Positions 39,776 through 48,532 of a DNA stretch of 64,000 bases are shown here, in pieces. Every line of letters starts with the position of its first letter. Position 1 is the first letter of the stretch. Origin of the DNA: Candidatus Culexmicrobium cathedralense (lineage in GTDB: Archaea > Thermoproteota > Methanomethylicia > Culexarchaeales > Culexmicrobiaceae). Position numbers and translations under genes: made by a program. The DNA lies in the NCBI GenBank assembly GCA_025061115.1, contig JANZKC010000002.1:96001-160000 (forward strand), in the 5' to 3' direction. Below the pieces are notes generated by a model that made no database searches, had not been told where the DNA came from, and saw only the letters and a program-made list of their open reading frames with translations.

Positions 39776-40243
39776 CTAACTACCTCTCATATAAACTAGT
39801 TTTATTTGTAATCCGCTATCCGTTGCAGTTATATTTATATAATTTCTGTTAGATCCGCTGTAAATTGATGAAGATAATATTGTGAATACATTGGTTGATA
39901 ATGGTACCGGAACGTTGACTTCAGGCCTTGGATAGGTGATTGGTTTTAGAGTTAATATGACTTTGCCATTAACAATACCAATAGAAACTGTATAATGACC
40001 AAGTGAACATTCATTTGGCATTTCAATCCTAATTAATGTCGATTCTCCAGGTAGCAAGTTATAAGCAATAGAAACCGATTCAACCATTTGACTTGCAATA
40101 CTACTTCCAATTGCTTCAAGTTCTTTTCTTGCAATTTTTTCCTTATACTCATAAACTAAAACCGTTGATGAGGATGCAACTATTAAGAATATTAATATTA
40201 GTGCTGTAAACCCAATAATTCCCGACATAGCTGAATGTGGCAA
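39776..40243 (-). CDS. Minor pilin-like protein
   Basis: SAMSGIIGFTALILIFL hydrophobic N-terminus; lies within the operon. Confidence 0.65.
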   Translation of the reverse strand: MPHSAMSGIIGFTALILIFLIVASSSTVLVYEYKEKIARKELEAIGSSIASQMVESVSIAYNLLPGESTLIRIEMPNECSLGHYTVSIGIVNGKVILTLKPITYPRPEVNVPVPLSTNVFTILSSSIYSGSNRNYINITATDSGLQIKLVYMRGS

Positions 40244-40247
40244 GTTT

Positions 40248-41048
40248 TCACCTCACTTTATAAAGCACTACATGTTTGACTAGTTTAATTTTTAGAAAAC
40301 AGCTCCCTTCAACAATTATTTGCGTTTCAGTACCTAGTTGCTCATCGTCAAGATATAGCGCAAATGTTATAGTTATGGGATTGATGATATACCCATCATA
40401 TATTGTTTGCTCATTAGTATCTCTATATAAAACTTCTATTGTTCCTGAACCAGTTGCAGATTCAGCCTCCCAGCATGCATCAATATAGGCTAGCTCGATT
40501 ATTACTTCATCACTGCTACCGCTTGGAATGCGATACTCTTTCATTAAAAGTCTTGTGAAGTTTAGTACAGCACCCACTCTACCTACACTTATATCCCACA
40601 TTGTTTGAACAATTGGTGTTGAAAATATATCGCTTACAAAAGCAGGATTATCATTGTCACCATAAATTACTTGGTTTTCATATGAGGCATATTCGCCGCC
40701 ATAACATGCAACTATTAAAATGTCTGAATCTACCGTAATTTCATTAGGTATGTCTAAAAATGGACTTGCAGATATTTTCAATACTAAGTTTTTATTTAAT
40801 CTTATGAAGTTTAATCTTATTGTTCTACTTGAAAACCTTATTTCAGCTCCAACTCCACTTTGAATCGTATTTATAGTTTCCTCAGCAAGCATCTTCATAG
40901 AGTTTTTAGCATTTTCAAACTCGGCTTGCTGCACAGTCGATTCTAGCGAATATATTGCGTAGTTAAAAAGCATGATAATTAAGACTATCGATATTGAAGC
41001 TATTATTACAACTGAAATCGTATGTGATTGTGCTTTTTGGCTACTCAT
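40248..41048 (-). CDS. Minor pilin-like protein
   Basis: MSSQKA/QSHTISVVII class III-like signal; AEFENAK motif. Confidence 0.7.
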   Translation of the reverse strand: MSSQKAQSHTISVVIIASISIVLIIMLFNYAIYSLESTVQQAEFENAKNSMKMLAEETINTIQSGVGAEIRFSSRTIRLNFIRLNKNLVLKISASPFLDIPNEITVDSDILIVACYGGEYASYENQVIYGDNDNPAFVSDIFSTPIVQTMWDISVGRVGAVLNFTRLLMKEYRIPSGSSDEVIIELAYIDACWEAESATGSGTIEVLYRDTNEQTIYDGYIINPITITFALYLDDEQLGTETQIIVEGSCFLKIKLVKHVVLYKVR

Positions 41049-42835
41049 GTAGGACCACCGGTTATTCCTAAGATTATGGTACCTATTATTGGAGATGCAA
41101 TTATTGTCATTAGTGAGATTGCTGTTAGCATGATTGCATGCTTAAATCCTGCTGCAACTGTGCCTGATGAGGTTTTCCCTGCAATTAATCCCATAAGGTA
41201 TACGTTTAGCACTGTTGCCGGCATGATCATCATGATTGCTGTTCTATATGCTGCAATTCCGTAGGCTAGGGAAGCCATGAATGATGTCATTAAAACTATG
41301 GTTGAAACTAGAGTTATGGCTCCAATGTAGGGGATGATTAGTAGAGTTCTCATCGTTGCAGATTTCTCCCTGTCAAGGTGCTCGGTGACCTCTGCGAACC
41401 AAGCCATGTTTTCTAGTGTATCGGGGCTTCCGCCCCCAATTTCAATTGCCTCGGTTAAGATGTATAGGAATGCTCTTGCCCTCCACGCCTTTACCTTCTT
41501 AATTAACTTTTCATATATCTTCGTTAGTGGAAGTCCAATTGCTAGTTGGCCGGCAACCTCCTTTAAGTATTTTGTGAAGACGCCGTAATCTCTTCCTGAT
41601 AGAGTTATTATGCATCTTTCGGGTGAAAGCCCAGTTTTCCTCACTTCAACTATGTCTCTAAGAAATCTGGTTACCCCCATAGCTATTTTTCTCTGCTTTC
41701 CAAGTATTAGGTGTTCATAAATTGCGGAGGGGATGGTGGAGAGGATTAAAGCAAGGGATAAACCTATACTTGAAGTATATGCGAGGTCAACTCCAAACAG
41801 CCCAGTGATATCTTCAACGATGCTGTGGAAAGGTGTGAAGACAATGTATAGGAAGTGGTTTCTAGGTAGGTAGAAGGGTATGACCATTGCGAGAATTAAG
41901 AAGAAACATAATGGAATGGATAAGCCGAAGTATATTATGTATGGGGACCACTCCATCCAAGGCTCCTTATATTGAATAAGATCTGCCAAATAAATTATTG
42001 CTCCAGATAAGAACGGCAGCAAAAGGTATGATAGGAAGAATAGGCTTGCACCTCCTAGGCCGGGTACATTTACAACTCCAATTGATAGGTTGATCAAGTA
42101 TATTGCATTTAATGCTAATAGTATTAGAAGGGCTGCGGCTAAATAGGATTCTAGAATTACAGCTAATCTTTCGCCTGCCGCTCTGATTTTCGTTACTAGG
42201 TTGCTGAATAAGTCTCTTGCCTTCTTATTTAGATAGTCAACAATGTCTCCTCCAGCTTTAATTGTGGCAGCATATCCTAAAACTAGGTCTTTTAGCATTG
42301 CACTTGGATTCCTTCTTGCTACATCCTCAAAGGCAGTTAGTGGATCCCACCCTATAGCGCGAACCATAACTGTAAATCTTAATGCTAATCTCGCGATTTT
42401 GTCGAATATCATGCTTGCAAAGCCCAGCCTTTCGAAGGCAACATACGGTGACATTCCTCCGGTAGCCATTACGCTGAGATATGCAACAGCATATGGAATT
42501 TCCTGCTCTAAAGCTGCGCTTCTACTTGCTCCAATGGATTTAGGCAAAACTAATCCCAAGAATACGAGTACAATTACTGGAATTACAGTGGCGATGAATG
42601 AGCATATGACGGTATATAATGGGTATAATCTAATGAAGATGAGCGATACCATGAATATGACGCTGCCGATAACCGTCATTGTGAAAATGAAGCCTGCAAG
42701 AGCTGCATAAACTTCATAGTGAATTCTCATTCCAGAAGATCTTACGTCATCTGGGATGTTGGGGTAAGTTTTTAATATTCCCTTCCCTATCCAATCGAAG
42801 TATTTGTACACAAAATCCATGAAACCCATGTTCAC
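41045..42835 (-). CDS. Type IV pilus membrane platform protein (TadC/FlaJ, duplicated T2SS-F domains)
   Basis: EIPYAVAYLSVMATGG...GGDIVDYL and FLRDIVEVRKTGLSPE...GGGSPDTLE repeats. Confidence 0.92.
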   Translation of the reverse strand: MNMGFMDFVYKYFDWIGKGILKTYPNIPDDVRSSGMRIHYEVYAALAGFIFTMTVIGSVIFMVSLIFIRLYPLYTVICSFIATVIPVIVLVFLGLVLPKSIGASRSAALEQEIPYAVAYLSVMATGGMSPYVAFERLGFASMIFDKIARLALRFTVMVRAIGWDPLTAFEDVARRNPSAMLKDLVLGYAATIKAGGDIVDYLNKKARDLFSNLVTKIRAAGERLAVILESYLAAALLILLALNAIYLINLSIGVVNVPGLGGASLFFLSYLLLPFLSGAIIYLADLIQYKEPWMEWSPYIIYFGLSIPLCFFLILAMVIPFYLPRNHFLYIVFTPFHSIVEDITGLFGVDLAYTSSIGLSLALILSTIPSAIYEHLILGKQRKIAMGVTRFLRDIVEVRKTGLSPERCIITLSGRDYGVFTKYLKEVAGQLAIGLPLTKIYEKLIKKVKAWRARAFLYILTEAIEIGGGSPDTLENMAWFAEVTEHLDREKSATMRTLLIIPYIGAITLVSTIVLMTSFMASLAYGIAAYRTAIMMIMPATVLNVYLMGLIAGKTSSGTVAAGFKHAIMLTAISLMTIIASPIIGTIILGITGGPT

Positions 42836-43004
42836 ACCATTAATTATAATTTTGTTCGTGTTCTTATCAACTAATTATTAGGCTTATCTGTCAAACTAAT
42901 ATAATTTATGGCATTAGAAGATCTTTCTCAACATATTATTATGCCTTAACACTTATGTTTTACATAATTATTATATTTAATTTTACTTTCTTAAACGTTT
43001 AATT

Positions 43005-43499
43005 TTATGGTAGGCAGATTATTGCCGATTTTGCTTTGCTTTGAGTGTAAAATCTGATTTCAATTATTTCTCCATGAGATAATCCGGATTCTTTGAATTT
43101 TATTAGTAGTATTAACTTGGCGTTTTCACCTGGATTGATAACTGTATTCTGAAATGAACATGCTGGTTTATCTTCTACTTTGACTAGGCATATTATGGAG
43201 GCGCCGTAGTTCCCTATTTCTTTTTTGTTAATGATAATGCCCGTTATTTCTGCTGGTGTTGTTCCGGTGCTTTTAATTGTAATCGTTACTTCCCAGAAGT
43301 TTGATAGTTCAATTTCTTGGGCGATTCCTTCGTTGGTTGAAATGGTGTATTTAATTGGGGAGGTATGCCAAATTACGTAGCTTGACATAATTTCTATGTT
43401 TTCAGATGCATAGGACTGGGTTGCGTATAGTGATAGGGCTATTGATATGAACGTCACTATGATTATCGGGATTGTGATGACTGCCTTATATGTAGGCAT
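43005..43499 (-). CDS. Pilin paralogue with non-canonical signal peptide
   Basis: Shares W...G...I.IN...INPGE...HG..IE...LP* pattern with the 33927 pilin. Confidence 0.7.
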   Translation of the reverse strand: MPTYKAVITIPIIIVTFISIALSLYATQSYASENIEIMSSYVIWHTSPIKYTISTNEGIAQEIELSNFWEVTITIKSTGTTPAEITGIIINKKEIGNYGASIICLVKVEDKPACSFQNTVINPGENAKLILLIKFKESGLSHGEIIEIRFYTQSKAKSAIICLP

Positions 43500-43635
43500 G
43501 TCGGCCCAGTATCGTTATTATGAGTCATGTATTAAAGATTTACTGTAGTTAAGATTTTAACTTATAATTTTATAGGTTAATTAATTAAAAGATTTTCATT
43601 ATGAAACTTGATTTATTTTATGTGGGGAAGGGGAG

Positions 43636-44124
43636 CTATGGTAGCATTATCATCGTTGAAATCTCTTTTCCTTGCAGATGTATTTTGATTTCAATTAATT
43701 TTCCATGTGTAAATTTTCCGCTTACCAGTGGAACTAATACTACAAGCTTTACCTTTTCTCCGGGATTTATGCTGGCTTTGAAAGTATTATAAACGGAGCA
43801 ATTATCTGATTTCATTGATAAGCATTTAACTACTTTTCCTACTTGTTCATTGTTTATCGTGACATCCATTATCTTGGTTGGTAGTTTTCCTTTATTCAGT
43901 ATAATTATTGTTATTTCCCAGAACTTGGACATTGTTATTTTTTGTACGCCGTAGATCGTTAAGTATTTGTATTCATGGGAGCCTTCATGCCATGTTACGA
44001 AGGTTGAGTTTATTTCTATTTGCATTAGTGGGAATGCGGGGGCGCTTATCATGGTTATGTACAGCGCTATTGCTATCAGGAATAGTATTGGCGTTATTAT
44101 GGGGAGTTTTCCGGAACTTGGCAT
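43636..44124 (-). CDS. Pilin paralogue with non-canonical signal peptide
   Basis: FWEITI...NKG...INPGEKVKL...HGKLIEIKIH...LP*; clear paralogue of the 43005 gene. Confidence 0.7.
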   Translation of the reverse strand: MPSSGKLPIITPILFLIAIALYITMISAPAFPLMQIEINSTFVTWHEGSHEYKYLTIYGVQKITMSKFWEITIIILNKGKLPTKIMDVTINNEQVGKVVKCLSMKSDNCSVYNTFKASINPGEKVKLVVLVPLVSGKFTHGKLIEIKIHLQGKEISTMIMLP

Positions 44125-44277
44125 AATTGGTCAAATTTTAATAATGCGTTAATAGTTAAATTTATTTTTCTATTTAAAAAATTAGATTTTTTTATCTAAC
44201 ATATTAGATATATTAATTGATTATTTGGATAAGTATTTAAAGTTACTGTTGATGATATTTAATCAGGTTGGTGTTCC

Positions 44278-44580
44278 ATGCCTAAATGCCCCTATGCAAG
44301 GAAGCCTGCTAATGATACTTTGGGGTTTTACTTGTTTTGCGAGCGTTTGAAGCAAAATGTTTCGACTTCCATTTTTCCTTGCTATGGTGATTATGCTAAG
44401 TGTAGGTATTATGTTCCTCCTTTGACTGTTAAGCCTGAAGTGGCTGTTGGGAGGGGTAGGACTAATTGTTTGAAATGCGTTTTTTATTCTGAGGTTTCCA
44501 AGAGGTGTCTTAAGTTAAATGTGGAGGTTGTTAATCCAAATAAGCCTCCTTGTGAAGAGGTTGGCAGTGAAAATTCTTGA
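44278..44580 (+). CDS. Small Cys-rich hypothetical protein (putative Zn-binding)
   Basis: CPY...FC...PCYGDYAKCRYY and CLKCVFY...RC...PPC. Confidence 0.7.
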   Translation: MPKCPYARKPANDTLGFYLFCERLKQNVSTSIFPCYGDYAKCRYYVPPLTVKPEVAVGRGRTNCLKCVFYSEVSKRCLKLNVEVVNPNKPPCEEVGSENS

Positions 44581-44657
44581 TGTAGTTCATGTAATTAGAT
44601 ATTGAAAATTTTTCAACTGATTTTGATGCTTTGGGTTTGCCTTTAATGCTTTTTGTT

Positions 44658-45080
44658 TTAGCTTATTTTCATCATTATTTTTGTAGGTATGTCGTTTATT
44701 ATGGTTACAGCTAGATTTAATTCCGCATCTGCGGATAGTCCAAGCGATTCTAATGCTTTTTTGATTTTTTGTAGGACGATTAGTTTGTCATTTAGGTTTT
44801 TGATTACTTCTTCGATTGCATCTACTTCTTGTTTTGGCGATGGATTTACGATGAAGCTTAAGCCCATGATGTTAACTTCCTGTACTGATCCTAAATCTGT
44901 TTTTCTTCCTAGGAGCTTGCTTAGTGATTCGGATAGCTTCTTTATTTGCTCGATTTTCTTCTTTTGTTCTTCCAATCTTGCCATGTATTGTTCTAGGAGT
45001 GTTTTTATGTGCTCTATTTCGCTATCAATTGTGTTCATTAAGTCTGCAGGTGTTTTGAATATTTTTATTTCGGTTACCAA
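44658..45080 (-). CDS. Coiled-coil hypothetical protein
   Basis: Two long amphipathic helices; TTG start after GGAGGT. Confidence 0.75.
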   Translation of the reverse strand: MVTEIKIFKTPADLMNTIDSEIEHIKTLLEQYMARLEEQKKKIEQIKKLSESLSKLLGRKTDLGSVQEVNIMGLSFIVNPSPKQEVDAIEEVIKNLNDKLIVLQKIKKALESLGLSADAELNLAVTIINDIPTKIMMKIS

Positions 45081-45148
45081 TTCTTTACCTCCATTGAAGT
45101 GAAGGGGGACTTTATATTTAAGTGTTGTCATTATTTAATTATCTAGAT

Positions 45149-46636
45149 TTACTTGCTCGTTCTTCTTTGCTGTAGCCATTCTTTGAATGGTATGCTGAAG
45201 CGCTTTTCGACTTCCTCTCTGTGAATGTTGTTGTGTGTGCAGAATGGCCTTACAGTTCCATCTGGAAGCGCGTAGTGGATTACGCATCTTTGAACTCGCT
45301 GTAGGTCGAAGTTCCACACGTCCATGAAGTGCATGCATCCAATCATTATCACTTTTCTCATGAACTTCCCTAGTGCTTTGTAGCTTCCCTCCTTTATTAC
45401 TGGCCACACTAGGTCTTTGAGGAGCCCAAGCTTCACGTATCTTAGAGCTGCTATTGCCCTCATGTAAGCTCGCGTCTTCCTGCCTTTTGAAACGTCTTCA
45501 TATATTTTTTCCATTGCATCAAAGAACTTGTCTACATCTGCTAGCCTAGTTATTGGAAGCCATTCGCCCTTAGCTGTTTTTACTAGGAATGTTGCTACTC
45601 CGCAGAATGGGCTGGTTGTGAATTCAACGTACCTTCTACCTTTCAAAGCTCCAATTGCTCTTGATATTGGAACTACGCTTGGAACAGGCCTGAAATCCCA
45701 TCTAGTTATGAGCCCATTTGTCTGCTCCTCAACTAGCTTCATGAAGTCTGAAGTGTTTATCCTCATCTGCTCCCTTTCGAGCTTCGTTGCTCTTCCACTG
45801 AATGAAATTGGCTGAACGTTTACGCATCTTATTACATCCGAGTTTTCCATTGCAAATTTAATTATATCTCCAACTTGATGGTCATTAACACCCCTGCTCA
45901 GCGTTACGACAAGAACTATGCTATCATGACCAAGCTTCCTAGCATTTTCAATTACCTTCAGCTTCTTCTCGAACAGCGGAACGCCCCTCAGCTTAATGTA
46001 AATGTCATCTGTAACTCCATCGAATTGCAAGTATATTGTGCTCATTCCTGCGTCGAGAAGCTGCTTATAATAGTCCAAGTTTTCAGCTAGAACAAGCCCA
46101 TTCGTATTTACTTCTATGTGGTCAAACCCAACTTCCTTTGCCATCCTAATTATTTCTGGAAGATCATCCCTTACCGTTGGCTCTCCTCCGCTTAATTGAA
46201 TTGCTGGAGGAGGCACTGGCTTTATCGACCTTAAGGTTTTGAGCATTTTACCTATCTCATCGAGAGATGGCTCATATACGTATCCTGCAGCAGCCGCATT
46301 TGCGAAACATACGGGACATCGCATGTTGCATCTATTCGTTACGTCAATGATAGCTAAAACGGTGTGCGACTTATGGTTTGGGCATATGCCGCAGTCGAAT
46401 GGGCATCCTTTCTCCTCAGTAGTTATGGGATTTTCAATTCCTTCACCTTGATGAGCATACTTTTCAGCCCAAACGTAAAGGTCGTAATCTGAAAACGTAT
46501 ATGTCTCGTCGAAGTAGCCGTGGTCGGGGCATGTCCTCCTTATCCTCACAACCTTATTGTCGTCGACATAGACTTCTGCATCTAAAACCTTCAAGCAGAC
46601 AGGACACAAACTTTTGGTTTTCCTAAGCACCTGCAA
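45149..46636 (-). CDS. tes: Tetraether lipid synthase (GDGT macrocycle-forming radical SAM, MJ0619 family)
   Basis: TKSLCPVC...CPDHG, GCPFDCGICPNHKSHT, CNMRCPVCFANA and MHFMDVWNFDLQRVQRCVIHY motifs; start moved to TTG 46636. Confidence 0.9.
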   Translation of the reverse strand: MQVLRKTKSLCPVCLKVLDAEVYVDDNKVVRIRRTCPDHGYFDETYTFSDYDLYVWAEKYAHQGEGIENPITTEEKGCPFDCGICPNHKSHTVLAIIDVTNRCNMRCPVCFANAAAAGYVYEPSLDEIGKMLKTLRSIKPVPPPAIQLSGGEPTVRDDLPEIIRMAKEVGFDHIEVNTNGLVLAENLDYYKQLLDAGMSTIYLQFDGVTDDIYIKLRGVPLFEKKLKVIENARKLGHDSIVLVVTLSRGVNDHQVGDIIKFAMENSDVIRCVNVQPISFSGRATKLEREQMRINTSDFMKLVEEQTNGLITRWDFRPVPSVVPISRAIGALKGRRYVEFTTSPFCGVATFLVKTAKGEWLPITRLADVDKFFDAMEKIYEDVSKGRKTRAYMRAIAALRYVKLGLLKDLVWPVIKEGSYKALGKFMRKVIMIGCMHFMDVWNFDLQRVQRCVIHYALPDGTVRPFCTHNNIHREEVEKRFSIPFKEWLQQRRTSK

Positions 46637-46719
46637 ATGTACCACCCTTAGTGGTAAGTATTTAAATCTAAATCCGAGATAGTATTTCAAGTTAATCCAA
46701 CAATTCACACGGTGAGAAG

Positions 46720-47469
46720 GTGGAGAGCTTAATTGGAGAATTGAGGAAGCTTGGCTTAACAAATTATGAAGCTAGAGCTTACATAACGCTCGTCGAGAGA
46801 GGAGCAATGACTGCTGGATCCCTAAGTAAAGCTTCCAAAATTCCCTACTCGAAGATATATGATGTTTTATCTAGACTTGAAGAGAAGGGTTGGATTATAA
46901 TTGAGAGGGGGAAGCCTAACAAGTATAAGGCTCGACCCCCATCAGAAGCTGCTAAAATGGCAATTAAAAGAATTGAAAGTGAGTTAAAGAAAGTTGAGAG
47001 AATAGTTGTGAGGGAACTTCAGCCACTTTACGAGAGAATTGGAGTTCAAGAGAAGCCTGAAGTCATAATTCTTCGCGGAGCTCCAATCATAGTTGAAAAG
47101 GCAGTCACAACTATTGAAAATGCTGCTAGAGAGCTTGAAGTTGCAATTCCAGGGGAGATGAGGGCTTTTCATCAGCAATTTAAGAGTAGCTTTGAAGGAG
47201 CAGTGTCCAGGGGAGTTAAAGTCAAGGTTTTAGCGAGCAAGGAGCATAGGGACCTCCTCGAACCTCTATTTAATCTTGGAGTTGAAATTGGCTTGAGAGA
47301 TAAATTGTTTGGAGGCGGACTAATAGCTGATGATGAGGAGGCGGTTATCCTTCTGAGTGGAGGAGCTTTAAGTCCACTTGCAATATGGTCGAATCATAGT
47401 GAGCTAGTTAAGTTGGCAAAAATATATTTTGAGTACTTGTGGAGGGATGCTGAAAAACTCACTGGCTAG
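46720..47469 (+). CDS. TrmB family transcriptional regulator
   Basis: LGLTNYEARAY, IPYSKIYDVLSRLEEKG and P.KYKARPP motifs. Confidence 0.92.
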   Translation: MESLIGELRKLGLTNYEARAYITLVERGAMTAGSLSKASKIPYSKIYDVLSRLEEKGWIIIERGKPNKYKARPPSEAAKMAIKRIESELKKVERIVVRELQPLYERIGVQEKPEVIILRGAPIIVEKAVTTIENAARELEVAIPGEMRAFHQQFKSSFEGAVSRGVKVKVLASKEHRDLLEPLFNLGVEIGLRDKLFGGGLIADDEEAVILLSGGALSPLAIWSNHSELVKLAKIYFEYLWRDAEKLTG

Positions 47470-48241
47470 GCGAGTGGGGCATCTCAACTTTTAACTGCTC
47501 AATGCCATTATCGGTAACTTTGAACGTGAACCACTTAGTTTCATGGGGCGCACCCTTCATCTTCCGAATCCTAAATTGCTTAACTAGAATGCCCTGATGC
47601 ATGAGCACGGGATCATACCTCAAATCTATAATGCCGTCAACCACATACTCTAATATCTGCTCGAAGTCGTCGAAAGGCTTGATGCCGAAGTGAAATGTTC
47701 CGAACACGGTTGCAAGCCTCTCCTTAGCAGCTTCCGCTCTCCAAGTCTTTATGGTTTCAAGCGCAATTGCAGATTCAGTTATGGATAGAAGTTCGGTTAG
47801 CGAATCTATGAAAACTGCGCCCTTCCCAACAATTCCCATTCTATCCATACTTGTTATGAAAATTTGGGTGAGCTGATGAAGATCCCTTGGATTTTCAACG
47901 TAAGTTACGTGCTTGGGAATCTTGGTTTTGTCTGGCTTCATTCGAAATGAAAAGCAGTCGATGAAACGCAGCAAATCCTCATCAGCATACTTGCTCAAAT
48001 CCCAGCCGAAGGCCATGGCATTCTGCTCAATGGCAATGGGAGCATCATCAAAGCACATGAATATGCACGGCTCCCCTCTCTTCAGCCTCTCATACATGAG
48101 CTGAAGAATGAAGACCGATTTTCCAGTTCCACCCTCCCCAACGATCATCACCATGTTATTTCTAGGAATGCCCCTAGGAAGCGCCGTATCCAACACTGGA
48201 ATGCCAGTCTTCACTTTAGCAACAGTTACTCGCCCCTTCAA
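47459..48241 (-). CDS. KaiC/RAD55-like single-domain RecA-superfamily ATPase
   Basis: TGIPVLD, GEGGTGKS, FIDSL, EYVVDGII and IRKMKG motifs. Confidence 0.9.
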   Translation of the reverse strand: MKGRVTVAKVKTGIPVLDTALPRGIPRNNMVMIVGEGGTGKSVFILQLMYERLKRGEPCIFMCFDDAPIAIEQNAMAFGWDLSKYADEDLLRFIDCFSFRMKPDKTKIPKHVTYVENPRDLHQLTQIFITSMDRMGIVGKGAVFIDSLTELLSITESAIALETIKTWRAEAAKERLATVFGTFHFGIKPFDDFEQILEYVVDGIIDLRYDPVLMHQGILVKQFRIRKMKGAPHETKWFTFKVTDNGIEQLKVEMPHSPSQ

Positions 48242-48348
48242 TCAATCACCACAATTCGTTATTGCACGTATAAGTTTAAAACTCTTCTTAGAACTGAAAC
48301 CGAAGGCTTCATTAAAATCTAAATATAATATAAAATCCAGGTGAAAAA

Positions 48349-48522
48349 TTGAGAGTCATCAGCATAAGGCTTCCAAGTGTCTACATAGAACTAATAGATG
48401 AGCTAGTTAGAATGGGAATCTACCCATCGAGAAGCGAAGTTATAAGAGTAGCTTTGAGAGATTTTTTAAGGCGAGAAATGAGCATGCAGAGAAGAGCACT
48501 GAGAATTTTAAGGGAGATTTAG
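48349..48522 (+). CDS. Ribbon-helix-helix regulator, CdrS/CopG-like (57 aa; not in ORF track)
   Basis: TTG start after GGTGA RBS; MRVISIRLPSVYIELIDELVRMGIYPSRSEVIRVALRDFLRREMSMQRRALRILREI. Confidence 0.88.
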   Translation: MRVISIRLPSVYIELIDELVRMGIYPSRSEVIRVALRDFLRREMSMQRRALRILREI

Positions 48523-48532
48523 GGCGAAACTC

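Noticed and set aside
33927-42835. Archaellum (flagellum) operon
   Set aside because: No FlaF/G or adjacent FlaH and no chemotaxis genes; the pilin N-terminus is pilin-type (GISPVIA) rather than archaellin-type
46637-46762. N-terminal extension of Tes given in the ORF track
   Set aside because: It overlaps the divergent trmB start and promoter; family similarity begins at LQVLRKTKSLCP
47459-48241. Circadian clock KaiC
   Set aside because: Single RecA domain only, and no kaiA or kaiB
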